From assembly GCF_009914755.1 (NCBI RefSeq), contig NC_060926.1: DNA of 64,000 nucleotides. One strand, given 5' to 3'. The notes under the pieces are model-generated. The model saw nothing but the letters and a program-made list of their open reading frames with translations, had not been told where the DNA came from and searched no databases. This DNA is from the human T2T-CHM13v2.0 reference genome, Homo sapiens. Shown here piece by piece: positions 26,792 to 41,923 of the stretch (positions are counted from its first letter, which is position 1; every line of letters begins with the position of its first letter). Both the position numbers and the translations under genes were made by a program.

Positions 26792-28701
26792 CTGGAAAGG
26801 AATCAAAAAGAAAAAAAGAAAAAGAAAAGAAAAAACAATCATAAAGGCACATATCTCAGAATTAGTTGAGAAATGGCATATGTTTACTTATTTGGCTTTT
26901 TAATACCTTTTAAAGTAGTTGGAAAAACTGTAAATGCTTAAATTTTAGTTTTTTTGGAGAAATAAAGAAATGTAAAAAGACATAGTCCAAGAAATAAAAA
27001 AAAAAATTAAGCTCTAGGTTCTTTTATCTTTCTTTCTTTTTTTAACAATAACACAGTAAACAGAATATATGCAGGGAGGTGAATATATTAAAAATGTTTC
27101 TTCATGAAATAAAGAAAACGGTCACTGATAACATCTCGACACAGAGAAGATTCACCTACAACCATCAGCCAGGCTCTGTTTCCATCTTCTCCGTCACAGA
27201 CATTCTTGATTTTGAAGTCCCCTTTGGACTGTGATAGGCAGATGTTGTGCTTTTACAAAAGCTTCAGTGATTCTGTCCCCTGAGTTCACACTGCCTTTTG
27301 CACAGGGGGCTCAGGATAGACTCCAGTGATAAAAGCCTTTTGCTTTTTCAGCCAGAAACTTCCCTACCATGTTAAGTGAAGCCTACTTTCAGGACCCCAG
27401 AATGAGGCAGCATCACTTGGGGGTAGAAAGGATGACGGTTGCGTGGGTTCCTTCTGCAATACCTGCATGGCGTGCCTCACCCACCCGTACACAGCACCAC
27501 CCCTCCAAGCCACAGCACCAGGAAGGAGCCCAGAAACAGGGGTGGCATATGAATTCTGGAATTCTGATGTCAGCATACGAACATTTTTTATGATACTAGT
27601 TTCTTCAACACAGAATTGCTGAAACCAAATAATCACACATACCTTGAAATATGCCATTTTATATAAAATTCTACCACGTATGGAGATTTATCCCATATCA
27701 CTTCAAGTTTGCAAATCTATCTCTCTACAGCTCTGCTAAAGTTATTACTATACTTATATAAAGCTGTAACTGAGAACACCAGGTTTTTGAAAATGAAAAT
27801 TTTATCACTGACACCCAAATCTACTCTTGGCCATTGGGTACGTGTTAATTCACCCAACTCCATTTTTTGTTGTTGTTGTTGTTCTGCTCTGCAATCAGGT
27901 TACCACAATAGTCTCACAAAGCAATCAAACACTAAATACATGTTCAGCCTTGCCAGAGTCATGAGGTTAACTTTAGCTTGGGGAACATGGCTGATGCTCT
28001 TGGCCCCTCACAAAATAAAGCAAAAAGGCACATCAGGAAACAACACGGTGCAGTACAAATGCATAACTAATAACGAAGGGGAGAAAGTCTCCCCCTGAGA
28101 GTGTGAGATGAGGCTTTTCTCAAGATCAGTAGCAAGATGTAAGATACAAAATGTGACAATGCTAATAAATCGATGCCATTTTGATTAGGGTGCAGGACCC
28201 CTGCCAGGCCAATGGAGCGCGGTTCAGATCCCAGATCTACCACGGACACATGGCCTCGGGCAAGCAACTGGCATGCATCAGCTTTGGTTTTGTCACAGGT
28301 GACACAAGGATAATAATGTACCCAGCTCATTGGCAACAGTGATCATCACTAACAGTGGAAATGGTAAATCCGACTATCATTCACTGCCTAAATTTTCTGA
28401 TAAGGGTAGTGATATATTATGACTTGGAACTCTGTGAGATCATATTTTCATTTCTTAAGTTTTCAAAAACTCAGTCTTGATAATGTTCTTTAAGGAGATG
28501 GAAAGACAATGAGAAGAAAACTCTTGGCCAACATTTCTCCAGGAATTCACTTTCTAAAACAGAATCATTTTTATTCTGTATAAAAGGGTGTAGATCAGGC
28601 AAAAGTGGTCTCTATCAACTTGTGAATTTTTTTTAAGTAACACTAAGTATTACTTACATGGTGCTGATTTTTAAATCATGTGGAAACCCTTCTAGACTCA
28701 C

Positions 28702-28759
28702 CTGAACTGCAGCAGCATCTTGGTTATTATAATGATAGAGCAGTCCAAGTGCAAAATAC
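28702..28759 (-). CDS. TGFBRAP1: TGFBRAP1 exon 7, 58 nt
   Basis: tttcag|GTATTT ... GTTCAG|gtgagt; KYFALGLLYHYNNQDAAAVQ; phase 2-0. Confidence 0.95.
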
Positions 28760-28869
28760 CTGAAACAGAACAACACGGTAAGTACAACCTCTCCCCATCA
28801 GCTCCTGGAGGCGACCTTCACACAGTGACACCCCCAGTCCAAGCTCCCCATATTCTATTCAACTCGAGT

Positions 28870-29190
<321 letters not shown>

Positions 29191-30336
29191 TCAACAACAA
29201 CAAACAAACAACCAAAGGATTCTCATTGCTGTATATTTACTTATGGTACTAAAAATATATGCTCTATCAACTTCCAAAAAGAATCTGATTCCAATCTAAG
29301 ATGAGCTGAAAAAGTAAACTATGGAAAAATCACAGCTGGAGTTGCTTTACAATTTGCTTCAAATATTAATATAATTTCATATGTCTTTGGTCTACTACTA
29401 TTAACCCACATGAGGTACTAGAAGAATATGCAGAAGCTACTTTGCCTAAGCAGAGACTGAGAAGGAGGGCAGGGGCTCTGAACATGAGGAACAGCAGGAA
29501 GTGCTAGTGTCCGGGACTCGCAGACCACAGAGTCAGGGAGCGTCCTGGGGGAGAGTGCCCAGAGTTCAAGAACCTGGGTTTCAAGTCCAGCTTCATTATT
29601 TATAACCCGCGTGACCTTGAGCAAGTAGGTTAACTTGCCCAGCCTCTAACTCCTCACCTATAAATGGAAAAGATCGGCAATAGCATTGGCATTGCCTGGG
29701 CAGTGAGCCCTCAGCACCCTCCCAAAGTCTGCAAGGGTGCCACACTCCTGGTCCTCCTTCCCAGCAGGAAACTGGAGTAAGTTGACCAGTGAGGGGTCAA
29801 GCATCTTCCCTCCAAGGGCACACTCTCAAGATATTGAGGCATCTGCTTGAATCCTTCTCTTTTCCTCAACCTTTTGGAAAGTCATGCTGACTCTACGGAT
29901 CCCACCATCCCTTGTCACTACCATAAGGTGGCAGTGTGTTTTCTGGCTCCTGAAAAAACTAACACTGATTCCATAGCATATCCGAGTGGCTGATGGAAAC
30001 TGCTGAAAAGGCCAATACCCACGTGGAAGGCTCTGACATCTCAGATACTAGCACAGTGACCCCAGGGTCTCTGTGGGAGTTCATCCACGCTTTTGTCATT
30101 TCAAATCCTTAACGAAAATCATAGACCGAAAAAATCTTATCCTGTAAATGGAGCTGAGGGATCACCCAACCCCTCTCATTTTTAAAGATAAGAAAAGTGA
30201 GGCCTAGAATGGTTGGGCTATGTGTTAGCTGCCCAGAATGGAGAAGCTGCTGGCCCCAACTAAGCCAGGCACTATGCATTAACAGTCCATGATACATAAG
30301 GCCATCTACTAACTCATGCACATAAGGAAGGCAGAG

Positions 30337-30649
<313 letters not shown>

Positions 30650-30694
30650 TAAAACCATACCATGTATCAACAAGATCAAGAAGCCTCCCTTTGA

Positions 30695-30766
30695 GAGGCG
30701 GAGCTTGCAGTGAGCCGAGATTGCGCCACTGCACTCCAGCCTGGGCGACAGAGCGAGACTCCGTCT

Positions 30767-30805
<39 letters not shown>
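30695..30805 (+). mobile_element. 5'-truncated young AluY with A38 tail and 17-bp TSD
   Basis: gaggcggagcttgcagtgagccgag...ctccgtctc then A-run 30768-30805; TSD aagaagcctccctttga at 30678-30694 and 30804-30820. Confidence 0.93.
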
Positions 30806-30807
<2 letters not shown>

Positions 30808-30883
30808 AGCCTCCCTTTGAATCTGTTTATCTAGCTATCTATTCAATTCAGTTGTCAGTAACTAAAATGCACTGTAAATTTTA

Positions 30884-31276
<393 letters not shown>

Positions 31277-31581
31277 TTAACTTCATTTACTCACAAAGCA
31301 TATTACTAGTTCCAAACTATACTCCAAATTATTAAAGAATGGGAATGAGAACAAATGCCCTCCAAGACCCCTTCAAGGGGTCTGCAGATGGTGGAGACAG
31401 AGAGGGCATCTGAGGAGCACATGCATCTGCTGTCACTATGATTTCGTGGCAGTCACCTATAGGTACTTGGGAACATAAACATCACACTGGCTAAGTCACT
31501 TCACGAGGATCTCCCCAGCAAAGAGCCTCAGTAAGGGTGCAGGGCGGGAAGCCCTGATCATATCAGGAAGGGAACACTCAC

Positions 31582-31923
31582 TTTTTGTGCTTCTCTAGCC
31601 AGGCAGCACTGTCCGTCAGAAGACAGAAGTTCTCAGTGACCAGGAGGTCCAGCAGGCTGTCGTGGTCAGCCTCTGCATACAGTTTGAGCAAGGCTGTGTC
31701 GATGTCCTCCTTGTAGCCATTTGCTACCTCTGTGCTGCGGACCTCGTTCAGGTAGCTCATGAGGAAGCGTTTGCACTTGGCCATCTTCTCCTGGTCCCCC
31801 TGGGTCAGCTGGTTCAGGTCTGCGTACTCATGAAGAGGAGGGTGGGACCGGGTGAAGGAGGAGGAGGTGGGCAACAGGAAGGGGTAGAGAGAGATCAGCT
31901 CCCGGACATCAAGCTGGCCGCTT
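31582..31923 (-). CDS. TGFBRAP1: TGFBRAP1 exon 6, 342 nt
   Basis: ttgcag|AAGCGG ... AAAAA|gtgagt; RSGQLDVRELISLYPFLLP...WLEKHK; phase 2-2. Confidence 0.96.
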
Positions 31924-32996
31924 CTGCAATTACAGTGTCAAACTAAATGAAGCAAAAAGAGAGAAGAGTACACATAGGCACACAAAACAGCACTGGAGGG
32001 GAGTGCACGGTGGCACACGTTCACAGGGGGCTGGGGAGCTGGGGACAGGGTAATCATGTCAGAGCAACCGTTCTAATCTGAAGTGCAGCAAAGCACCATC
32101 CAAGTGGGTGCTGCCACCTGGCTCCAAAAAAGAACAGAAGGGACGAAGGTGAAAGACACATACAGAACTGGTGTGAGAGTGGAACACCAAAATGCCTATG
32201 ATGAAGAGAATACCCAGCTGAGCCTGGAAACCAAGGCAGAAAAGCAACACCCAGGATAACACGCCATCAGAGTCTGCGCAAAGGCACCATCACAGCTCTG
32301 CTGAAACCAGCATTTTCCTGGCACTAAATTACAAACAGATTTGTTGAATGGTCCTTGAAGAAGGGACTTTATAAAAACAGTAACTTACAACTTCCTCACC
32401 AACATCTCACAACAGAAGACACAGAAATATTCATGTGGCCATTTCTGTGGGGACTCTCGTAGAATTTCAGAGCCTAACATTGGAATGCAACAAACAGTTC
32501 CTTTCCCATCTCCTCTCCGGAACCTCCTTGTCCTGGCTACAATCAGAGCAGGAGCTGTGGATCTCAAACCTGGCCCAGTGTCACACCCAGCTGTGGAAAA
32601 CCTCCTGAGGGAACAGAAGCAGGGGCCACCCCACCCCAGACACATGGAATGGCGAGGAAGGACCCAGGATCCATGCTGCCTGCGATGTTCAGAGCATCCT
32701 CCTTCACCCAAGCTCTGATCAGCTGTCCTCCTCTACTGGCTTCCACCTCTGGCTGCCCTTCCTTCCACTTCACTCAGCCTCTCCTGACCTCCAGTGATTT
32801 GTATAACCCACAGGATAAATTTCAAATCTCTTAGTATGGCATTCAAGGCCCTTCCCAAACTGATCTCAAGCTACCCTACACCTTCAGCCTCAAGCATCCC
32901 TCCCACACCCCAACACTTCTACTAGACCCACTTATGTTGCCAGTTTGTACATTTCATGACTCTCAGCCTTTGCTGTGGTTGTTTCCTGGCCTAAAG

Positions 32997-33215
32997 CAGT
33001 GGTTCTTGGTGAAAAGCAATTTTGTTCCCTGGGGAACATGTGGCAATGCCTGGAGACAATTTTATCATGACTGGGGCGGGGGTGTGCTATGGCATCTAGT
33101 AGGTAGAGGCCAGGGCTGCTGCCATTAAACACCCTGTAATGCACAAGACAGTAACCCCCTGCCCAAAGAATTATCTGGCTCAAAACGTCTACAGTGCCAC
33201 AGCTGAGAATCCCTG
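32997..33215 (+). mobile_element. MER20 (hAT-Charlie MITE), full length
   Basis: cagtggttct...gaatccctg, 219 bp; 8-bp TSD gcctaaag/acctaaag. Confidence 0.88.
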
Positions 33216-33742
33216 ACCTAAAGTACAATTCTTGATTTGAGAAATTTCTGCTCATTGTTTAAGATCCAGGACGAATCCAGGGAAGATTCCTCCACTGGCT
33301 GATGTGAGCCCATGCAACGCTCCCACAGCAGAGCAGCACCTGTGCTGCAGGAAAGGCACACATCCAGTTTCCAAGCTAGAATGGGCATGCCAGAGAAGCA
33401 GGCACTGGGTTACCCTTCCATCCATTGCTCAGATGCTCAGGCCACGTTTGCTGAATGAAAGAAGAGCTGAACCTAGCTGATACAACAACAGGGTGCAGGT
33501 GGTCTAAAGGAAGAGACACAGAGCCCACATCCCCAGGTTATGTATGATCAATTTTCTCTTAAGTATCAACCATAACTAGCTGGTAACTGTGGCCTCCGGC
33601 ACGGCACTGAGGAGTCAGAGGACGGGTCCAGTTCAACGAGGAAAAGAAAATCACAATTTATTAGCAACATTTGCTGTGAGCACAGAAAAGGAAGTGGAAT
33701 CATCTTTGTCTTAGAAGTATCTTCTTCAAATATCAATTCTCA

Positions 33743-34047
33743 GGCTGGGCCTAGTGGCTCATGGCTGTGATCTCACCACTTTGGGAGGCTGGGGCAAGAG
33801 GATGACTTGAGGCCACGAGTTTGAGACCAGCCTGGGCAACACAATAAGATCCCATCTCTACAAAAAATAAAAGATTAGCCAGGTCCCGTGGTGGCATACA
33901 CCTGAAGTCCTAGCTACTCAGGGGTCTGAGGCAGGAAGATCATTGAGCCCAGAAGGTCGAGGCTGCGGTGAGCTATGATTGCACCACTGCACTCCAGCCT
34001 GGGAGACAGAATGAGATGCTGCTTCAAAACGAAAAAAAAAAAAAAAA
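33743..34047 (+). mobile_element. AluJ
   Basis: Alu consensus match. Confidence 0.88.
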
Positions 34048-35515
34048 TCCGTTCTCTCAGCCACACTTTGGACCAAAGACGAGCAGCAATTTAAAGTTAA
34101 GCCATTAAGAGAGTGAGGTGCGGAAGTACAGGAATGTCATCCTAATAACAGGCCCCACATCTATTCTCTTACAAAATCCGAGGACTCTTCTAGGAATCCA
34201 TCTGTGGACAATCACCTAATGTTTCAGATTAACCCATAAGAGAAAGAAGACACCTTGGGATACACCCATGACCCCGGTGAGGAGGTCTTCAACACTGTAG
34301 GGCTAACACAAGATACGGCAGAAAAGAGCCTAGGTCCAAAGGGGCAAAAAACTGACTTAAACCCTGAAGCCACGGGTCTTTCCAAGAACAGAGAACAGCA
34401 TGTAAGAGTTGTACAAGAAAAAGTTATATGGGGCATCATTATTCAAGGAATGATTCCTCCTTTACTTAGAAATCCATTCTCTACAACCGATTGTGTAACT
34501 GTAATCATTTTCAGTAATGCCATTCTTCAAATATCCAGCATAGAGTGAAAGATTAGAGCCACCGTGGATGTAAGGACGTGGCTGGTCATGGGCAGACCTC
34601 CTACAGAACAGGCAAGGGAGGCATTCTGCTCAAGTCACTACTTGGATGAAAATATCTATTCAGGGGCTTCCTATACATGTTATTTCTTAGATAGCTGTAA
34701 ACTGTGCACAATCTATTCTGGAGAGACATTTTGAGAACTTACTCTAAAGGCAGTGCCTGAGTACGATATTTCAAGACTCTCATAGCAGGTCTAACTTAAT
34801 CTTCTGCAAAGAGTGCTGAGCAAGGCCTGGGATGGCTAACTCCTGCCTCACTGAGCACTCAGCTGTGGGACAAGGGCAGCTGGAGGTGGCATGACAGCAA
34901 GGCGTGCCTGTAAGGCAGGTGTGGCGGGCAGGGGAAAGGGGAGAACACAATCAACAGCCCACAAGCACATCCGACAAGCACAAGAGTAATCACAGTGCCA
35001 GAAGGGACCTCCTTAAGAGAAACTCAACTTTCTGAGAGCTGACCAGGAATAGAACATTTAGAAAGTCTTTAGAGGATGACAGAAAGTTTCATAAGTCTTC
35101 CCAGAAGCACTGTCTTTTCCCCCCTGCACTAAGCTCATAGCTTCTTGTAAAAACACTGGAGAGAAGCAAGAATGAACCAAAGCACTTTCCTAGGGGTCCT
35201 TTGCGTGCTATCAGATCCGCTCTTTAGAATTTTCTCCTGGCAAAACAATCTCGATGCCTCCACAGGACTAGTGTCTGTGCCCTTTGTCTGCTCCCACTCT
35301 AAGACATAGGCCAGTTAAATTAAGGCTCCGGGTGAGGGGTGACGCTGAGGAACCAGCATTGGCGGGGTCTGCTGTCACGAGCTACCCCCACCGTATCCAC
35401 CTGAAGCACAATCTAACCATGCAACACATCCCACCGCGACGTCACACCAGAAACGCAGGTTCTGGCCACAGAGGGACACTGTAGTGGCAGTCTTGCTACC
35501 AGCACCTCAAATTAC

Positions 35516-35598
35516 CTGAAGAGCTCTTTAGCTTCCAGGAACTGAAGTTGTGCAAACTGTATAAATCCCGCCTGCTGCAGAATCCTTCTGTACATTAC
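35516..35598 (-). CDS. TGFBRAP1: TGFBRAP1 exon 5, 83 nt
   Basis: ttgcag|GTAATG ... TTCAG|gtaatt; VMYRRILQQAGFIQFAQLQFLEAKELF; phase 0-2; this frame is not in the ORF track. Confidence 0.95.
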
Positions 35599-38194
35599 CT
35601 GCAAGGAAAGACGGGTGTAATCTCTTAGTGAATCTTGAAACCATCACGGCAGGGTTAAATTTGTCTAACCCTAGATAAGTGTTCGTTATAACATAGAAAT
35701 GTAAAATTACAAGCTGAGGAAAAAACAAGGTGCATATGAAATTATATGTATCTGTCTCTTTATGGTTTTATTTTTGTAATTCCCCAATCTTTCCCAAATG
35801 CACGTCTTGATCTCCAATACTCCTCCTCATTAACTCACAGGGCTTCAACGAGTCCCTGTACTTGTGATTGCTGAGATGGATATCAACAACCCTGGTGTTT
35901 CTGGCAGTCCAGGAACCGCCTGGCCTTCTTCCACTCTTCTGGAATTGAACTCACAGTACCACCTTTCAGAGCATCCCTCAGAGCACAGGGCCGACTCATT
36001 TCATAATGAAACAGACAAACACCCAGGCTTTCTTAGTCAGAGATGCAGAAATGCTGCATGTTCCATCTCCTGCTGGTGATGTCCAACCCACATGAACACA
36101 CCAACATCCGACACTCCTGCAATAAAGGGGCCAGTTTATCTTGTTTACTCCACTATGACCCACATTTCCATGACCACTTTGTTCTTGTTACATCCAGCAA
36201 TAGCAAAATGCACATTAGGAACCTGCTGTGTGGTGTCTCTGATCCCACGCCCCACTCCGTCACCGTCCAGCATGGCTGGTGTCCTCGTCTTGCCATTGTC
36301 TATATGAAATGGCTCCTGGACATGTTTCTTCACTCTGTTCCTACAGATGCCAACACCATAGCCCAGGCTCTAATCGCCTCATGAGTAAAGACTGTGTTTT
36401 AATTACTCTCTCTGACTTTGACACCTCCTCCTTCTAACTCATCCTTCCATTTGACAGCCACACATTTTGTGAAGGCACGGCAAATACATCACTCACCTAG
36501 CATCTCCCACTACTAGCCATGTGTCTGCCATTCAGTCGGTGCTTACTGATCAACTCTCTGATCCATTTGTATGAAACTCCACTTCCATTGTCACTCACTA
36601 TCCCCATCTTACAGGTACAAAAACTCTGCCCAGAGATGCTACGTTTTTAGACCCAACTTACTAAAGTAAGAATTGTTGGACCATGATTTAAAACCAGGCC
36701 TTTCTGATTCTAGAGGCCAGATCTTTCCACTCACTGATTCCTCCAGGTACACAGCAGGCAGCTGGTGTGTTACCCACTGAAGGTACAACAGAAGTGGAAC
36801 CTCGGTGTTGAAATGCTATCAACCCTGTTCTCTCAAATTACCTTTCAAAGGGCTTTCACTCAGCACCATAAGACAGGGTGGAAGAAAAAAAAGCTTTCAC
36901 TACACAGTAGTTTTAAAGGACTCTCAGAAGCATAGCAACCATTCCTCACCTACTTCCAGTAGAAATCCCTTTAGAGATGTCAGACAAAGCAGGCTGCTTA
37001 AACCTTTCAGTTTTCCCTTTACCATCAGTCTTTAATTTTCTTCACTGAAACCAGCCATTTCTGACCTAAAGACCAAATCAATTATACCACCCAACAATAA
37101 GCAAAAGGGAGCAAGGCAACGTTCTGTTGCCTGGGAATGCCAGTAACATTTCTGAAAGCAGAAATACTAGAGGCCAGCCACTTAGCAAAAGGGATGCAAA
37201 GGACCCATCAGCTGCAGTAGAAGAATTCTCAATCACACCCAGGCTTGTTGAGGAGAAATCAGAACGGCAATTTATTCCTTATGGCGGTAGGATTCAAATG
37301 GCATCCGCTCTTCCTCTATCTGCAGGGAAATGGAAATTACTCCTGTGGACATTCCAAATCTCCAAGAATAAGGGGTTATTTTCTATAATCTAGTCTGGGA
37401 ATGCTACATGCACACTTGGAAGGGGAATGCAAAGAGGTTCTTCATCCTGGATGTAAGCATCATGGATGCTGAAGCCCAGGATGATACAGAGAACACCGTC
37501 AGATTCCACCTAAAAATGCCTGATCAGAAATTTTACCAAGCATGGCCAATTCTTGGTTCTCTGAAGGTGACGGTCTCATTTCCAAACTGTCTACTACGAT
37601 CAATGCCTCCTCCTGCCCTCTGCTCAGATGATCCTGAGCTATAAAACCTGGAGCCAGGTAGGCTGTCAGGGAAAAGACGAAAAGGATGAGTACATACGAA
37701 GGACAGAGAACAAGAAAGTCCATTTATCTCCAGAGCTAACTCATCAGTGGATGCTCCAAGTTTCTTTTTTCATTATCAGCTCATCCTTCATTATAAGGCA
37801 GTGGTGCAAATTGCCAGGTGAAGAGAGTAAGTCAGCAAACTAGCCCTCTAAGGAGCCACTCTATGTCTACTCTGTACAGAGGCTACAGGCCAAACACCTG
37901 GCTTCCGGCAGGCTTAAGAGGCTGCATGGATTCTGGAAGCAAGTTGAAACTGAAGTCAAAATCCTTATTATCAGTATTATATTTCTGAACTGAGATTTCT
38001 AACATTTGTGATTTGGGGAATTGAAAGAAGATTCTAATCTAAAGACTTCTAAACCTGTTTCCAAGGCTGCATTGTCCAAGTTAAACATAACACAAGCGCT
38101 TCTGGAGAGAACAGTTCTTCTAAGCACTTAATTCAAAGGGCAGCTTCTCTCATGGCTCTTTACTATGCACTGCCTAACAAAATACACCTTTCTA

Positions 38195-38595
38195 ACTAAT
38201 GGAATGCTACTCAGTCTTAAAAAGGAAGGGAGTTCCAACACAGGCTGCAACACAGATGAACGTTGAGGACAACGTGCTCAGTGAAGTCAGCCAGTCACAA
38301 GACAAATACTGTATGATTCCCCGGATGCGAGGTCCCTAGTGCAGTCAGATTCATAGAGACAGAAAGCAGAATGGGGGCTGCCAAGGGCTGGTGGGGGTGT
38401 AGGGTGGGGAGGTGGGGAGTTAGTGTTCGGTAGCACAGCGTTTCTGCCTGGGAAGATGAAAGGTCTGGAGATGGTGGGTGGTGACGGCTGCACAGCATGG
38501 TGAATACACTCAATGCCACAGAACTACACACTTAAAAATAGTTAAAATGGTAAAATTTATGTTATGTATATTTTACCACATTACAAAAAAAATAA
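38195..38595 (+). mobile_element. L1M (L1MB-like) 3' end
   Basis: aatggaatgctactcagtcttaaaaaggaagg ... gttatgtatattttaccaca and A tail. Confidence 0.8.
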
Positions 38596-41262
38596 CTTCT
38601 CCAGGTAGATTTTTTTCCTTTACTGAATTTTGGTAGTAGCCAAAGGCTTCTCATGTCTGTGGTGATCTGTGGTGGAGGCTGAGGTGAAACGCTCTAAAAT
38701 CAGAATGTGTGGGTCTGAGTGCAGGCTCTGCTTGTCATTAGCTGTGTGGCCCTGGGTGGGTTATTCTATCCCTCCACGCTGCATCTTCATCTTTATACAG
38801 GGAGCAGAACCGTGCAACCTCAGAGTTGGGGTGAGGATTAAGAGAGTGCAGCTGGGTGTGGCCGTCACAACAGTGCCTGGCATGCAGTAAGCACACAATA
38901 AATGTTGTCTGTCTCTTCAGGCTGAGTCTGTAATTAGCACTCCTAACTAATCCCAGGCTTTAACTTTTTCCATCACCTTCCAGGTCTATCTGCTTGATTC
39001 TGTCACATCTCTGTGAGTAATGGAGGGAGGTGGATAAATCCTTTTTTAATGAAAGAAAGACTTGAAGAAAATCAGATTTTAAAAGGAAACTTCCTACAAG
39101 CACCTGGAACAACCACACGATGGCAGCACCGACACCTTCACGTGACAAAAGCCAGTTCCTCAAACATGGGGCCTCAGGTGGCTACACCAACTCCTAGGCC
39201 AAATGTGATACAAAAACGCATCAAGTGGTGAGGCGTGGATAAGGAATATAATGGAGTCATTTACTGCAACTCAGAAAGATATTTTCTTTCAAGTCTGTAA
39301 AAACTGGGTAGGTCAAATGTGAGCTCAGACTAGAATATTTTTCACAGCTATAGTAAGAATTTTTTGAGAAAGATGACAACCACAACCAAATGAGTCTGCA
39401 AATACCACAGCAGGACACACACCATGTAAACCCTGGAGCTGAGGGAAGATGAACAGGCACACGGGGACGACACAGACCCCTGAGCCAGTGCACCCCTGAG
39501 CCAGTGCTGAGGACAGCACGAGCAGGCTGCCTCTCCCCTTCCTGAGCTCTCGGCTCTCCAGGGCTCTCGGCTATGGCTAATTCAGGGACAGGATGGGGCT
39601 AAGAGGCAGTGGGTCACCCTGGCTAGATTATACGATCAACTGCAGACCTGGAGAAGGGAAACTGGCAAACACAGTTGTTGCCAGCCAGCTACCAAAGCGC
39701 AGAGGACAGTCTACTCCTGGCATGGGGCAGACCACTGAGATTTATGTTATAATGCCCCATAACATGGAGAATATAACAGGAATATATGAGACATAAGTAT
39801 CATTCTTGTAAGTACAGCTAAATTCTAAACAAAAATTGGCATGAGTGTTACCATTTTAACTATATTCATACCAACCCCTTTTTTTAACTTATTAAAAAAC
39901 CATGTAAGTTATTGTCTAAACAGAAACATCTTTCCCGAAATATATTAGGTGGAACATGAGGACCATGGCATTCTCCTTGTTAAAAAGGCAATGTGTCCTG
40001 ATTGAATAAATTTGTAAACAGGTGTGCATGTATATGTGTATATATATCCCTTTGTGAGGGTGCACAGAAAGACAATAAAAATATAATAATATATGATATA
40101 TACCCTCTTGGGGAATCACAATAAGTGTTAGAATATTAGAGGCTCTGAAAAAACCTTCAATTAAGAAGCCCAATTAACTTAGCCTTCCAAAATAGAATCT
40201 TCTTCCCACCCTGCACCTGTTACTGTCCCTGCACATGTGTTTGGTGAAACAAACTGGAAAGCCTTGATTCAGAAGGAAGCCTGCAATGGACACATTCAAA
40301 GCACAAAAGGTGGTCAATTCCAAACATGGGAATGGGGAAGGGACGCAGCGAGGTGGTGGCAAGAAAAGAGGGAGAGCACACATAAGCAAAATTTACAAAA
40401 AAAAAAGTGGGGGGGTGCCAAACTCTCTTGGGAAGGATATACACAAAAAATTGCAACACTGGTGACTTAGAGAGAAAAATGATGTGCTAAGGAAGAAAAA
40501 GGGACTTGCCATTTGATTTTTCTTTTAACCACATGCATGTATTTTTTTCTCCTGTACTTTTCAAAATTCCTAAGTAATATATTCAATATGGCTCAAATTT
40601 TGAGGCATTGAAAACGGATACAGTGAGCCCTCTCATTCCTGTCCCTGCCAGCAGATGCCCTCCAGAAGGAATCAGTGCTATTAATTTCTTGGGTAGCCTT
40701 CCAGAGATATGTTATGTATTGAGGAGCAAATACTTTTATGCCATTTTAATAGTGGTAGCATGTTATGCAGGCTCACTTGCACTCTGTGTAACTTGTTCTA
40801 CCTTAATGCTATGTGTTAAGCCCTACAGGCCTCGAAACTCTTCCTGGCTGCACAGCGCTGCAGCACCCCTCTGGGCCATAATACATTTAATCATGCCCCA
40901 CTGGCAGCCTCTAGGTGTTGTGGTTGTTGCTTTTTAACAAACAATAATCGAGTGAAAAGTTTTCTACATTTGTTATTTCGAATTTCAGTGATCAGATCTG
41001 TAAAATACAATTCTGAGTATAGAATTGTAAGTTTTAATGTTGACAGATATTCTTGAATTGCCCTCCCAAGAGGCTGTATCAATTTAAATTATTACAGGAC
41101 ACCTGAAAGTGTCCATTTCCCCACTTTCACCAATACGGTATTATCAAACTCTCTGATCTCTGATAATCTAAGGAATGAAAAATGTATTGGTGTATTCTTA
41201 TTGTGCATACCGCTATATGAGAGAAAAAGCATCTTTTCATACATTTATTAGATAGGCAATTC

Positions 41263-41566
41263 TTTTTTTGTTGTTGTTGAGACAGTCTTGCTCTGTTGCC
41301 CAGGCTGGAGTCCAGTGGTGCAGTGGCACAATCTTGGCTCACTACAACCTCCGCCTCACGGGTTCAAGTGATTCTTGTGCCACAGCCTCCTGCGTAGCTG
41401 GAATTACAGGTGCATGCCATCATGCTCAACTAATTTTTGTATTTTTAGTAGAGATGGGGTTTCACCATGCTGGTCAGGCTGGTCTGGAACTCATGACCTC
41501 AAGTGATCCTCCTGTCTCAGCCTCCCAAAGTGCTGGGATTAGAGGCGTGAGTCGCTGCACCTGGCC
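41263..41566 (-). mobile_element. AluS
   Basis: Antisense Alu match. Confidence 0.88.
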
Positions 41567-41814
41567 AGCAATTTCATTTTCTATAAAATGTGTTCATATT
41601 CATTTTTCTATTGGGCTATTCATATTTCTTTCATATAGCCCAAGGAATTCTTCAGATATTAGAGAAATTAGCCCTCTTTTTGTGCTGCAAACTATAAATA
41701 TTTTTCCTAATGTGCTATTTTTCTTGAATTTGTTTATAGGTTTTGCCATGCAGGATGTGTATATGAGAGAAAGACAGAGAGAGAGAAAGAGAGAGAAAGA
41801 GAGAAACAGAGAGA

Positions 41815-41816
<2 letters not shown>

Positions 41817-41860
<44 letters not shown>
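41817..41860. repeat. (GT)n microsatellite preceded by a GA-rich tract
   Basis: Pure GT dinucleotide run. Confidence 0.95.
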
Positions 41861-41864
<4 letters not shown>

Positions 41865-41923
41865 TTAAGTTTTCTTTGTGGATTCTGGGTTTTCAAATAA
41901 ATTATTTTAAAATGTTCCAAAAC

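Noticed and set aside
41268-41900. 210-aa ORF on the plus strand
   Set aside because: Made of an antisense Alu, L1-like sequence and GA/GT microsatellites
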